Origin: Candidatus Hydrogenedentota bacterium
Lineage (GTDB): Bacteria; Hydrogenedentota; Hydrogenedentia; Hydrogenedentales; SLHB01
Length of the DNA: 64,000 bases
NCBI GenBank assembly: GCA_045863295.1
Contig: BTWA01000028.1
Span: 5,274 to 69,273 of the forward strand
Direction: 5' to 3'
Position 1 is the first letter of the stretch. Each line of letters begins with the position of its first letter. The notes under the pieces are model-generated. The model ran no database searches. It saw only the letters and a program-made list of their open reading frames with translations, and was not told where the DNA came from. The position numbers were made by a program, and so were the translations under genes. Shown in pieces: positions 20,089 through 29,733 of the stretch.

Positions 20089-20161
20089 GCGCCCATTGTA
20101 TGGGTCTGCCGCCTGTCGCACGCGTAAATAACTGTTTCACAACCGATCGATAGGAATCGCC

Positions 20162-21484
20162 ATGCAGGAAGTTTTGCTACCCCAACTGGGACAGTCCGTG
20201 GAAGAAGCGTCCATCGTTGCGTGGATTCGCAAGGAAGGCGAAGCAGTAAAAAAAGGCGATCCGCTGTTTACCGTTCAAACCGATAAGGCAGAAATTGAAT
20301 GCGAGTCAACGGCGGAAGGCGTGTTGAGAAAGATACTTGTACAACCGGACACGCTGGTTCCGGTCATGACCGTCGTGGCCTTGGTAGGCAAAGTCGATGA
20401 AGCGCTCCCCGACTTGAGCAAGTACGGATCCACCCGGACAACCCCGTCTGCGCCGGCCACGCCGTCGGCCGAGTCCCCGGCTCCCGTGCCGGTCGCGGTT
20501 ACGCAAGCCCCCCCTGCCCTGCTACCGCAAACCGACAAAGTACCGGTGTCGCCCCGCGCCCGCCGAACCGCCGCTGAAATGAAGATCAACCCGGCGCTTG
20601 TGGCGGGATCCGGCGTCGAAGGCCGAGTGATGGAAGCTGACGTCAAGGCCTTCGCAGAGTCAATAAGCGCTGTTAAGATGACGCCTACCGCGCGCCGGAT
20701 GGCGCTGGCTAGCGGAGTCGATCCCCGCGGTTTAAGCGGAACTGGCCCCGGAGGCAAGATTACCAAGGCCGATGTCGGCGCGCCTAAGGGCGGGCTTGGA
20801 CCCGCTCCGGAAAGGCCGGCCGCGGGCGACGTGCAGCGAGTTCCATTGACTCCTATGCGCAAAATAATCGCCAGGCGCATGGCGGAAAGTCTCTTCAGCG
20901 CCCCGCATTACTATGTCACGATTGAAGTTGATATGGCAGCGTGCGCCCAATTCCGTGGCGCCTTGCCGTTTAAGGTCTCCTACAACGACCTGTTGTTACG
21001 TGCTGTTTGCCGCGCCTTGGAACATCATCCCATGGTCAATGCGCGTTGGGCGGGCGAAGCCATTGAGATTGTAGGAGACGTAAACCTCGGCGTTGCAGTC
21101 GCGCTGGACGCCGGACTGATTGTGCCGGTTGTGAAGCAAGTTCAGCGCATGTCCCTCCAGGACATTGCCCGGGAGAGCAAAGCGCTTATCGACAAGGCCC
21201 GCACCAATAAACTCACGCCAGACGATTACAGTGGCAGCACTTTTACCATCTCGAATCTGGGTGTATTCGGCGTCGATCATTTTACGGCGATTATCAACCA
21301 GCCCGACAGCGCCATCCTCGCCGTGGGGCAGATCAAAGATACGCCCGTCGTTATTGACGGCGGTATCCACGTGCGTCCAGTAATGAAACTGACAATGTCG
21401 AGCGATCATCGTGTGATCGATGGCTCGCTGGCAGCTCAGTTCATGGGCACGTTGAAGCAGATCCTGGAATCAGCGGATTTCTGA
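20162..21484 (+). CDS. 2-oxoacid dehydrogenase complex E2 (dihydrolipoamide acyltransferase)
   Basis: N-terminal lipoyl domain (...FTVQTDKAEIECES...), an Ala/Pro linker, an E3-binding domain and a catalytic domain with the SSDHRVIDGSLAAQF (DHRxxDG) motif. Confidence 0.9.
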   Translation: MQEVLLPQLGQSVEEASIVAWIRKEGEAVKKGDPLFTVQTDKAEIECESTAEGVLRKILVQPDTLVPVMTVVALVGKVDEALPDLSKYGSTRTTPSAPATPSAESPAPVPVAVTQAPPALLPQTDKVPVSPRARRTAAEMKINPALVAGSGVEGRVMEADVKAFAESISAVKMTPTARRMALASGVDPRGLSGTGPGGKITKADVGAPKGGLGPAPERPAAGDVQRVPLTPMRKIIARRMAESLFSAPHYYVTIEVDMAACAQFRGALPFKVSYNDLLLRAVCRALEHHPMVNARWAGEAIEIVGDVNLGVAVALDAGLIVPVVKQVQRMSLQDIARESKALIDKARTNKLTPDDYSGSTFTISNLGVFGVDHFTAIINQPDSAILAVGQIKDTPVVIDGGIHVRPVMKLTMSSDHRVIDGSLAAQFMGTLKQILESADF

Positions 21485-21543
21485 AGCGGAAACCCATCGT
21501 ATATACGTGATGCGGTGCAACCCAACCAAGACAAGGCATTACA

Positions 21544-22938
21544 ATGAGCAGCATGTATGACGTAGCGGTGATTGGCGCGGGGCCGGGCGGGTATGTCGCG
21601 GCCGTCCGGGCGGCGCAGTTGGGTGGCAGAGTCGCCGTAATCGAAAAAGCCGAATTGGGCGGAGTATGTCTGAACTGGGGATGCATCCCCACCAAAACGC
21701 TTATCTACGCGGGCGAGCTCTTCAAGAAGCTAAAGAAACCGGAGCAATACGGCATCAGCGCGGACAATGTGCGTCTAAACCTGGACCCGCTTATGAAGCG
21801 CAAAGAACAAGTAGTGCGCGGCAACCGGGCGGCCGTAAAGAACCTGTTTACAACGAATGGAATCGACCATATTCAAGGGGAAGCGCAACTCACCGGCCCC
21901 AAGGAAATCACCGTCAACGGAGAAATCGTTCGCGCCAATTCCGTAATCATTGCGACAGGCAGTTCGTCCGCTGGATTGCCAGGAATCGCGCTGGATGGAA
22001 AGCGGGTCATAACGTCCACTGAAGCGCTGGAACTGCGGGAACTGCCGGAACGTATTGCCGTGATCGGGGCGGGCGCTATCGGCATGGAATTCGCCTCCCT
22101 ATGGAATATCTGGGGCGCGAAGATGACTGTCCTGGAACTCATGCCCCGCATACTTCCGCTTGAAGATGAAGAAGTCAGCGCATACATGCACTCGCTGTTC
22201 AAAAAGCGCGGCATGGATATCCGGGTTGGGACGATGGTGTCAAAACTGGATGCGCGTACTGATGGTATTAAATTGACTTTGGAAGGCGAACACCCTGGAA
22301 CCGTGGATACCGACCTCGTATTGGTTGCCGTGGGACGAAGATTCCACTCCGAAGTAGTGACCAAAACTCCGGGGCTGGGCGTCGAAGTCACGCCTCGCGG
22401 CGCGATCATCGTGAACGAGCGCATGGAAACCACGCTGCCGGGAGTGTATGCCATTGGCGACGTGACTGCAAAGACGCTATTGGCGCACGGAGCCTCAAAC
22501 GAAGGATTGATTGCGGCCGCAAACGCCATGGGCGGCAACAAACAAATGGACTATCGCGTCATCCCCGCATGCACGTTTACGTCGCCGGAGGTGGCGCACG
22601 TGGGCATGACGGAAGCGCAAGCCCGTGCGACCGGTCGCGACATTCACGTGGGCCGCTTTGGCTTCTCGCACAGTGGACGCGCCTTCACTATGGCCGACAC
22701 GGAAGGATTCGCAAAAATCATCGGTGACGCGGGAACGGATGAGGTGCTTGGTGTGCATATCTGCGGGCCGGAAGCCGGTGAACTCATCGCACCGGCCGCC
22801 TTGGCCATGCGCCTGGAAGCCACCGTAGAGGAACTATTCGATACGGTGTATACCCATCCGACACTTTCCGAAGTGCTCATGGAAGCGGCGGGAGACTATT
22901 TCTCGCTTGGCATTCACACACCACCCAAACGCGGATAA
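21544..22938 (+). CDS. lpdA: Dihydrolipoyl dehydrogenase (E3)
   Basis: FAD motif VIGAGPGGYVAA, redox disulfide GGVCLNWGCIPTK, NAD motif VIGAGAIGMEFA and a C-terminal dimerisation HPTLSE. Confidence 0.9.
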   Translation: MSSMYDVAVIGAGPGGYVAAVRAAQLGGRVAVIEKAELGGVCLNWGCIPTKTLIYAGELFKKLKKPEQYGISADNVRLNLDPLMKRKEQVVRGNRAAVKNLFTTNGIDHIQGEAQLTGPKEITVNGEIVRANSVIIATGSSSAGLPGIALDGKRVITSTEALELRELPERIAVIGAGAIGMEFASLWNIWGAKMTVLELMPRILPLEDEEVSAYMHSLFKKRGMDIRVGTMVSKLDARTDGIKLTLEGEHPGTVDTDLVLVAVGRRFHSEVVTKTPGLGVEVTPRGAIIVNERMETTLPGVYAIGDVTAKTLLAHGASNEGLIAAANAMGGNKQMDYRVIPACTFTSPEVAHVGMTEAQARATGRDIHVGRFGFSHSGRAFTMADTEGFAKIIGDAGTDEVLGVHICGPEAGELIAPAALAMRLEATVEELFDTVYTHPTLSEVLMEAAGDYFSLGIHTPPKRG

Positions 22939-22957
22939 ATCAAATCGACTGACCAGT

Positions 22958-23010
22958 TCCTGAACACGGTATGTTCAAGTCCTGAACATGTCCGCGCATG
23001 TTCTTCGTGC
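22958..23010. promoter_or_regulatory. Two tandem palindromes with TGAACA/TGTTCA half-sites (candidate operator or terminator-like hairpins)
   Basis: ...tcctGAACAcggtaTGTTCaag (5 nt spacer), then tcctGAACATGtccgcgCATGTTCttc (7-bp perfect arms). Each starts with the direct repeat tcctgaaca. Located between the lpdA stop and the next gene. Confidence 0.3.
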
Positions 23011-23168
23011 GTCAATCAACCGGTTCGTGCGATTTCTCCAGCAAATTCGCACTTGGTACAGTTCCTGCTTTACTACATTTGCCGCTCAATGGATCGCTTC
23101 GCGACATTGGCAGGCAAAATGTCTGTTTGTATCGTGCAGATTACAACACAGTTTGTGGAGCTGTCCAA

Positions 23169-23570
23169 ATGCGTACTCGGAATCCGTCCACCGTGTCATG
23201 CCGTTCGAACTTCAAACGCAGGGTCGTAGCCGTTCTCGGCGGCGTGTCGTCGCTGATTCTGACGCTAGGCTGTCCGATTCAGATTCCCTCGGTGGCAGGG
23301 GCCTGGAACCTAAAACTGGACGCAAATTGCGATAAGGCAGGAATTGTCCAAGAGGTTTTGACGTTGGCCGGGAAGGACAGTGCGTATGTAGAGGCATCGA
23401 TTTCCGGAGTATGGGAAAAAGATGGTGAGTTTATCGAAGTAACGCTTGGATTCCCTATGGGTGAATCGTTGCGGCTGCGAGGCATGGTCAGCGGAAACAC
23501 CATGGAAGGCACGTTCGATTATTCCAAATCCTTGGTGACCGGGTGTTGGACAGCAACGCGCGCGAACTAA
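23169..23570 (+). CDS. Hypothetical small secreted protein or lipoprotein
   Basis: Internal ATG at 23169 with GGAG 10 nt upstream. Signal peptide ...RRVVAVLGGVSSLILTLGC (lipobox-like LTLGC). No recognisable domain. Confidence 0.45.
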   Translation: MRTRNPSTVSCRSNFKRRVVAVLGGVSSLILTLGCPIQIPSVAGAWNLKLDANCDKAGIVQEVLTLAGKDSAYVEASISGVWEKDGEFIEVTLGFPMGESLRLRGMVSGNTMEGTFDYSKSLVTGCWTATRAN

Positions 23571-23612
23571 TGCATATGAATGTTCATTACCACAGGTAAC
23601 GGGAGAAATCGT

Positions 23613-24455
23613 ATGACAGGCCAAGAAAAGGTAATGCGTTGGGGCATAACGGAATGTCTCCCCTTGCTCGCTGTTGCAGCAGCAATCGTGCTGCTATGTA
23701 CGAGTACCACGGCCGCGGCGGCGCCCAGACCTGAACTCCAGGGAACATTACTTGTGAATATTTTTCCTCTAGAAGCGGTGAGCGCTGGTGCGCAATGGTC
23801 CGCGAGTAACGGCTTGATGCAGACCGGATGGCTGAACAGCGGTGCCGCAGCGTTCCTTGATCAAGGTGTTTATACGATTTCGTTCGCGCCCGTTGCGGGG
23901 TGGATTGCGCCTTCGCCCATCCAGGTTCAGCTAACCAACAGCGTCCTTGCTGAATCCGGCACGTATCAAGCCGAGAATGAAGCCCAAACGCTTTCCCCTC
24001 CTCAAAATGTAAGCGCAACCGATGGAACCTTCGTCGATTTCGTTCGAATTACCTGGGATGGGGTGGACGGCGCAACCGGATACGAAGTCTTTCGTGAAGA
24101 TACGGAAAAACCGGAAATCGAACAGCCCATCGCGACCGTTACCACAACGACCTACGACGACACCTCCGCCGGCGAGAGCCAGCTCCTGCAGGCAAATTGC
24201 CAGCCGTATCCCGACTATGTCGTGCATACTTACCGTGTACGCGCTTTTGACTCGAGTTCCACCAGCGTAGTCAGCGAACCGGACACGGGGTACCGCGGCA
24301 TCGTGGGCGTAGATGACCCATCGAAGAAGGCCGGGCTTCTGTTTGCCTCTATACCCACAAGGCACTTCGCCGGGGGAATCGGCATCCTGATTGCCGTTGC
24401 AGTCGTGCTTACCGGTCTGAATTCAACGGGACGGACCAAACGACAAACCGGTTAA
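23613..24455 (+). CDS. Hypothetical secreted protein with a fibronectin-III-like domain and a C-terminal membrane anchor
   Basis: ATG at 23613 with GGGAG 7 nt upstream. Signal peptide LPLLAVAAAIVLL...AAA. FN3-like segment ...NVSATDGTFVDFVRITWDGVDGATGYEVFRE.... C-terminal hydrophobic helix GIGILIAVAVVLTGL followed by basic residues. Confidence 0.5.
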   Translation: MTGQEKVMRWGITECLPLLAVAAAIVLLCTSTTAAAAPRPELQGTLLVNIFPLEAVSAGAQWSASNGLMQTGWLNSGAAAFLDQGVYTISFAPVAGWIAPSPIQVQLTNSVLAESGTYQAENEAQTLSPPQNVSATDGTFVDFVRITWDGVDGATGYEVFREDTEKPEIEQPIATVTTTTYDDTSAGESQLLQANCQPYPDYVVHTYRVRAFDSSSTSVVSEPDTGYRGIVGVDDPSKKAGLLFASIPTRHFAGGIGILIAVAVVLTGLNSTGRTKRQTG

Positions 24456-24609
24456 TTTCCGCTCCGAAGCCACGCAAGTCTGGCCACATCGCCAAAGACA
24501 ACGAGACTTTCTCAGTATTCACGCGTGCAGACCGCCGAAACGAGCCGATTGGCTCGACAATTTGGTCCTGTAGTCCGTATCATCTGCCGTTTGCAGCAGT
24601 GCCGCTCAA

Positions 24610-26913
24610 TTGAGTCACGGGAATCGGACGGTGGGGCCAAAACAGCGAAGAGTCTTGGAGCAATCCGTTTGTCTTGGGATCATTGCGATCTCGGCGGCGC
24701 TGTTGCTGTATCCAGCCATTTTGGGTGAAGCCACACCGGTTTCGCTCAGTCCGATCTTTTCTTGGGCGCCATGGCAGGATGCCACACCCGATTCACTCCG
24801 TCCTTCTGTAGCGGATCGCGCTACCGATCCCGCCCAGAAATTTCTCCCCTGGTACGTTTTTCTTAATACCGCTGGCTTCTCCGAAGACATCTTTTGGAAC
24901 CCATATGAAGCCGGCGGAGTGCCGTTTTTTGCGCTTTGGCGGACACGTTGTCTCTCGCCGTTCTCGCTGCCGTTCTACGTGTTCGATCCTTTTATGGCCC
25001 TTTCAATTTCCTTGTTTGCGAAATTGCTCGTGGCCGGTGCAAGTGCTTTCTATGCGGCAAAGCGATTTGGTTTCGCGACGTCCATGGCGCTATTTGTCGG
25101 CCTCACCTTTCAGTTAAGTGCGCCTTTGGTCTTCTGGAGTGTCTGGCCGTTAGCCGATGTAATGCCATGGTTTCCTTTGCTCGTAATATTTTGCGAACGT
25201 CTCGCCCTTGGACATTACCGCACTTGGCCGTTGGGTGCGCTTACCTTGGTGCTCATGTTGTTGGGTGGCGATCCGGAGTCGGTCCTCATGCTGCTGGCGT
25301 TCGGGGCCTGTTCTCTGGTGGTGCGTGCCGTAATGACGCGCTCCGGCGCGGGCTCGCTGCTTGGCGCCGTTTCCACGCTTATCGGTACCTTGTTTCTTGC
25401 ATTGTGCGCAATGGCCCTACAGGCAGGACCGTTCCTTGAATGGTTGCGGGAAGCGGCATCCACGGGCCGCCCCGAGGCATTGACGTCCCCGGGATTGTCC
25501 GACCTGTCCGCTCTGCTATTTGCTCCTTACATGTCCTTATCCAATTCATGGGAAGCATGGCGAGGGCATACCCTGGTTGTTTCCCTATTGCACGCTGGTC
25601 TGGTTTCAACGTGGATGCTGGTGCTTTGGATTTCATTGCGACGCCTCGCCCATGTCGGAGAAAGGCGGCGCATCGAACCACTGCTGTTTTCAACTCTGCT
25701 GTTCACGGTGCTGGGGCTGGTCGTATATCCGGTGTTGCGGTCGTTGCCGCCGCTTGCTTGGCTGAATCCCGAGCACTTCTTGTTGACGAACGGGTTTATT
25801 CTCGCCATAGCCGCGGCGGCGACGGGCGAAGAATGGCTTCAACTGAAGGCAGACGGATGCTCCGAAACGTTGAAACGATTCGGCGTCCGGTTGGCCGTCG
25901 TCGTTGCACTTGCCGGCGTGTTGGCGGCCATGAATTTCGGCGACAATTCATGGGGGCTTGAAGTCGGTCTGGGTGTGGTTTTGTTGGCCGGGCTGCTTGC
26001 CCTCATAGGAGCAACCCTACTGTACCCTTCCATACGCGTGCTGGGATATGGCATGTCCGTCCTGGCCTTCTTGAATTTGTATCCGTTGGCCTCCTTAAAC
26101 ATGCCGTGGAGCGAACGCGACGCGTTCTTTCCCAACACGGAATTCGTTTCCTCGCTTGAAGAAACCGGCTCCCGTTTGTCGGGCAGCGAAGGGTTGGCCC
26201 AGTGGCCGTTGACCGCCCACTTCATTGCACAGTTTCATGCCTTCAGTGGGACACAGACCAAACGTCATGCCCTGTTCGAATCGGCCTTGGCGCACGATGC
26301 ACTTCTGTCCCGGCGCACGGGTTCTCCTTATTTGCTCCTGACACAGGCCGACATTCAGGGCGCATTCGCGCAAATCAGACCGCACTTGCGCATCAAGCAT
26401 GTATTCTCCTCCGGTGCAGTCTTGTTTGAAGATCCGGAGGGGTATCCGCGAACGTGGTTGGCATCCTCTGTTCAAGCTGTTGACTCACCCGACGCAACCA
26501 AAATCGCTTGGGAAGCGCCTCCCTTGATGGAGCATGTTGAAGTGCCGTTCGCCCCTGCGGAAGCCCCCGGCGTCGCACACATTGAGAGTCCGGAAACGCA
26601 CACACGGCTTAAAGTGAATGTCGATTCCACGGCGCCAGGATTGCTTGTGCTGGCGGACAGTTGGTATCCCGGATGGACTGCAAAAGTGAATGACGTCGAG
26701 ACCGAAGTATTGCCTGTCGACGCGATGTTTCGTGGCGTAGTGACGCCTGCGGGCAAAAGCAGCGTTGTCTTCGAATATGCGCCCAATTCCCTGGAATCGT
26801 GGGCGGTCGTATCGCTGCTCTCTTGGCTCATTATACTCGCCGGAATAGTCTATCTGTTGCCAGGGGCCATTCGCAGAATACGGCAGCAATCCTCTTGGTC
26901 TTGGATTGAGTAA
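24610..26913 (+). CDS. Large polytopic membrane protein, YfhO-like (putative glycosyl-/lipid-linked transferase)
   Basis: 767 aa. About 12 N-terminal TM helices, a large C-terminal extracytoplasmic region and a final C-terminal TM helix, which is the architecture typical of the YfhO family. The start may be internal. Confidence 0.5.
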   Translation: MSHGNRTVGPKQRRVLEQSVCLGIIAISAALLLYPAILGEATPVSLSPIFSWAPWQDATPDSLRPSVADRATDPAQKFLPWYVFLNTAGFSEDIFWNPYEAGGVPFFALWRTRCLSPFSLPFYVFDPFMALSISLFAKLLVAGASAFYAAKRFGFATSMALFVGLTFQLSAPLVFWSVWPLADVMPWFPLLVIFCERLALGHYRTWPLGALTLVLMLLGGDPESVLMLLAFGACSLVVRAVMTRSGAGSLLGAVSTLIGTLFLALCAMALQAGPFLEWLREAASTGRPEALTSPGLSDLSALLFAPYMSLSNSWEAWRGHTLVVSLLHAGLVSTWMLVLWISLRRLAHVGERRRIEPLLFSTLLFTVLGLVVYPVLRSLPPLAWLNPEHFLLTNGFILAIAAAATGEEWLQLKADGCSETLKRFGVRLAVVVALAGVLAAMNFGDNSWGLEVGLGVVLLAGLLALIGATLLYPSIRVLGYGMSVLAFLNLYPLASLNMPWSERDAFFPNTEFVSSLEETGSRLSGSEGLAQWPLTAHFIAQFHAFSGTQTKRHALFESALAHDALLSRRTGSPYLLLTQADIQGAFAQIRPHLRIKHVFSSGAVLFEDPEGYPRTWLASSVQAVDSPDATKIAWEAPPLMEHVEVPFAPAEAPGVAHIESPETHTRLKVNVDSTAPGLLVLADSWYPGWTAKVNDVETEVLPVDAMFRGVVTPAGKSSVVFEYAPNSLESWAVVSLLSWLIILAGIVYLLPGAIRRIRQQSSWSWIE

Positions 26914-26914
26914 G

Positions 26915-26960
26915 TAAAAAAAGAAAACCCGCACAGAAACGCCTGTGCGGGTTGCAATAA
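26915..26960. terminator. Bidirectional rho-independent terminator
   Basis: aaaaaaagaaaa-cccgcacag-aaacgc-ctgtgcggg-ttgcaat: a 9-bp GC-rich stem with an A-run and a T-rich flank. It sits between convergent genes ending at 26913 (+) and 26971 (-). Confidence 0.75.
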
Positions 26961-26970
26961 CTACGTACGA

Positions 26971-28083
26971 TCACGATCCCTTGTTGATGGCTTTCTCTAT
27001 TTTTTCATTCTCCGGCATACCCAACGACCTGGCCTTGTCGTAGTGAATCTTGGCGTTTGACGCGTTCTTCTTCTCCGTGGCATACCACCAAGCCAGATTG
27101 TAATGTGCCGGACCGTATTCGGACTGGGCCGAAACTAATTCGGAGCACATCCGAATCGCATCGTCTACCTGCTTGTTGTGCGACAAAGCGACGGCATAGG
27201 CATTTGTCGCGTCGGCCGAATCCGAGGCCAGACTAATGGCCTTCTTGAAATGAACGGAAGCCTCCTCGAACTTTTTGCGATTCATGGCTAACTTGCCCAT
27301 GTGATACGCGCCCGTGGCACTCTGTTCCAGTCCAAGGGCATACAACAATGTCGAAGCGCTGTCCTGAACCGCCGATTCAAATCGTTCACGTAGAATCTTA
27401 CCGCCTTCCGCTGTCCAGCGGTTCACTGCTTCGTCATCCACGGTAAACTGAGGCGACGTGACGTTGATGCCTTGCCGGCTGGTTGGGTCCCCCAAGTCGG
27501 TGTCCGCCAACACGAGGTCGTTGGTAACGACAAGCGTATCGCTCCATACGGTATCGATACCCGGCAACTGCACCAATTTGCCATCGAGCCTGACGGCCAG
27601 AATCCCGCTGGGACCGTAAATTCCATACTGCGTGACCAAATCCAGAACGAGATCGTAGTCATCCTTGGCCAGATCCTCGTACCGTACGTCTATCACATCC
27701 TGCCGCGACTGAAACCCAGCCGTCGAACCGAGAGGAGCCACACTCTTCAATTCGCTGGTTACCGCGGCGTCGAGGCGCTCCGAAAGTATCTTCTCAAACG
27801 CTTCAGCAGGCTTATAATCTTTCAGCGCGTCGTGAATGCGGTCGCGATAGACCGCGTTGACCACCGCATCCGCGCCCGAACCGAGAACGAGACCAGTCGT
27901 TCCTGCAACTTTCAATGTCTTGCCGGCAGGCGACACCGCGACGATCATATCACTCGGCGTCGCTTTCACGGACCACGCCGGCTTCGCCGCGTTGCTCAAC
28001 GAGGGCGGAACGTCGGGGGTCGTTGCGCAGCCTGCGGCCAAAATCAAGCCTCCGAGAAACAAAAATCCCTTCTGCAGCTTCAT
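26971..28083 (-). CDS. TPR-repeat lipoprotein
   Basis: Start chosen at MKLQKGFLFLGGLILAAGC (lipobox LAAGC). The C-terminal about 120 aa carry TPR-like repeats (...AYHMGKLAMNRKKFEEASVHFKKAISL..., ...AHYNLAWWYATEKKNASNAKIHYDKARSLG...). Confidence 0.65.
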   Translation of the reverse strand: MKLQKGFLFLGGLILAAGCATTPDVPPSLSNAAKPAWSVKATPSDMIVAVSPAGKTLKVAGTTGLVLGSGADAVVNAVYRDRIHDALKDYKPAEAFEKILSERLDAAVTSELKSVAPLGSTAGFQSRQDVIDVRYEDLAKDDYDLVLDLVTQYGIYGPSGILAVRLDGKLVQLPGIDTVWSDTLVVTNDLVLADTDLGDPTSRQGINVTSPQFTVDDEAVNRWTAEGGKILRERFESAVQDSASTLLYALGLEQSATGAYHMGKLAMNRKKFEEASVHFKKAISLASDSADATNAYAVALSHNKQVDDAIRMCSELVSAQSEYGPAHYNLAWWYATEKKNASNAKIHYDKARSLGMPENEKIEKAINKGS

Positions 28084-28133
28084 ACCTTCTCCTCGATTCG
28101 CACTGGGGGTTGGTCCGTCTTCGAAGTTGCCGC

Positions 28134-28892
28134 TTACTCTTCCTTGATATAAATATTGCGGAACTGAACTAAACTGGAAGCGCTGTTCCACTCATCCTTG
28201 GCCGCATCGTAGCCGCCATGGTGCTGCAATGCAATAGGGCCCTTCGCGGGCACGCCGGGCAATTGGGCATTCTCAATCACCTTCTTGCCGTTCAATTCCA
28301 CGGTAAGACGGTCGCCTTTCATCGTAATGACAAACGTGTTCCACTCGCCCACAGGATTGTCCGCGTTCATTTTGGGGGTGACGCCGGCACGAACTTCCGG
28401 CGTTGCACTTTCGGACATCCGGTAGCCATACACCTCTCCAGACCCGATGGGCCAACACCAGATGTTGACTTGCGCATTCGGCGTGCCGCGCAAATAGATA
28501 CCGGAGTCCGCATTGGGCATCTTCGTGGTAATGGTCTTGCCGTCGGCATCCTTTTGGTCCGTTCCATCAGGCAACACGGTCGGCACAGGATAACCTTCGC
28601 CTTTGGTTTCTTTGATGCGCCACTCACAGTGCAACGTGAAATCTCCGTACTCGCCGGCGCTCCACAGACTTTGGTCGCCTTTGCGGCCTTGTTTTGGATT
28701 GCAGTCGATTGTACGGTCGACGACGGTCCAGATATCTCCCGCACCGTCGGGGAGTTTCCACCCGTCAAGATCTTCGCCATTGAACAACGGCTTCCAACCA
28801 TCCCCAGCGGGCGGCTCCGCCATCGCTGGCGACGCAAAAAAGAATGGAGTTGCGAGCAAGAGTGCGAAGCAAGGCAGAATCAGGCGCTTCAT
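28134..28892 (-). CDS. Secreted DUF1080 / 3-keto-disaccharide-hydrolase-like (concanavalin-like) domain protein
   Basis: Signal peptide MKRLILPCFALLLATPFFFASPAMA. Family hallmarks are a WKxx..G.W start, GDFTLHCEWRI, IALQHHG and VQFRNIYIKE. Confidence 0.8.
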   Translation of the reverse strand: MKRLILPCFALLLATPFFFASPAMAEPPAGDGWKPLFNGEDLDGWKLPDGAGDIWTVVDRTIDCNPKQGRKGDQSLWSAGEYGDFTLHCEWRIKETKGEGYPVPTVLPDGTDQKDADGKTITTKMPNADSGIYLRGTPNAQVNIWCWPIGSGEVYGYRMSESATPEVRAGVTPKMNADNPVGEWNTFVITMKGDRLTVELNGKKVIENAQLPGVPAKGPIALQHHGGYDAAKDEWNSASSLVQFRNIYIKEE

Positions 28893-29010
28893 GACAAGGT
28901 CTCCTAAATCGTGAACGAGTTACATCGCCACAGTATGCAGGTTGTCCGTCAGAAAAGAAAAGCTTTGCACAAATCAGGGACACCCAACCGGGCGCAACTG
29001 GAGTTCCCGG

Positions 29011-29643
29011 CTACTTCAACTCCTTAATCCGGACGTCCTTGTACCAAGCCTCACTCGGCGGACCGGAATGAATCTGCAACCCAATGATCCCGGTGCGCGC
29101 AATGGCGTCGTCCTCCTCGGTATAGTCCACCGTCTGAACGCCGTTCAGCCAAAGCTGGATCCGCGGCCCTTCGCATCGAATGACATATTCATTCCACTCG
29201 CCGGGCTTCAACGCCTTCTTCAAGGTGGCCTCGTCGGGACCCGCCAACACTTTGTTCCTCCGAGACTCGTCGTACAGGCACCCCCAGTACCCTTCCCCCA
29301 TGTCAGCCTGGTAACCCGACACCTCATGATGGTCAGGAATGCGTGTGGTGCGAAACTGGACTCCTGCGTTGGCCTTTTCCCCCACTAGCTTAAACTTCAA
29401 AGTCAGCTCGAAATCGCCATACTCGCGCTTCGTACACAGAAACTCATTACGCGGTATCGCGTCCTCCATCGACCCACCCACAATGGCCCCGTCTTCGACA
29501 CGAAAGAAATCAAGATTCCCCTCCCATCCGGCAAAGGTCTCCCCATCAAACAGCGGCGCCCCGGCGTCCTTTGCTACGGCTGTTAAAACCACGGCCAATG
29601 CAACAATTGACCCAAAGCGTGCGAACGCGATCACTTTCATCAT
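29011..29643 (-). CDS. Secreted DUF1080 / 3-keto-disaccharide-hydrolase-like domain protein (paralogue)
   Basis: Signal peptide. ...FDGETFAGWEGNLDFFRVEDGAIVG..., GDFELTLKFKL, IGLQIHSG and VRIKELK follow the same family pattern as 28134-28892. Confidence 0.8.
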   Translation of the reverse strand: MMKVIAFARFGSIVALAVVLTAVAKDAGAPLFDGETFAGWEGNLDFFRVEDGAIVGGSMEDAIPRNEFLCTKREYGDFELTLKFKLVGEKANAGVQFRTTRIPDHHEVSGYQADMGEGYWGCLYDESRRNKVLAGPDEATLKKALKPGEWNEYVIRCEGPRIQLWLNGVQTVDYTEEDDAIARTGIIGLQIHSGPPSEAWYKDVRIKELK

Positions 29644-29733
29644 GGCTTGCTCTCCACCCGAGATTTCGCCATCATCTTACTCCAATCGCCGTTTTAACCG
29701 CCAAGCCTGCGAAACTGACGAGAGACGCGTCGC

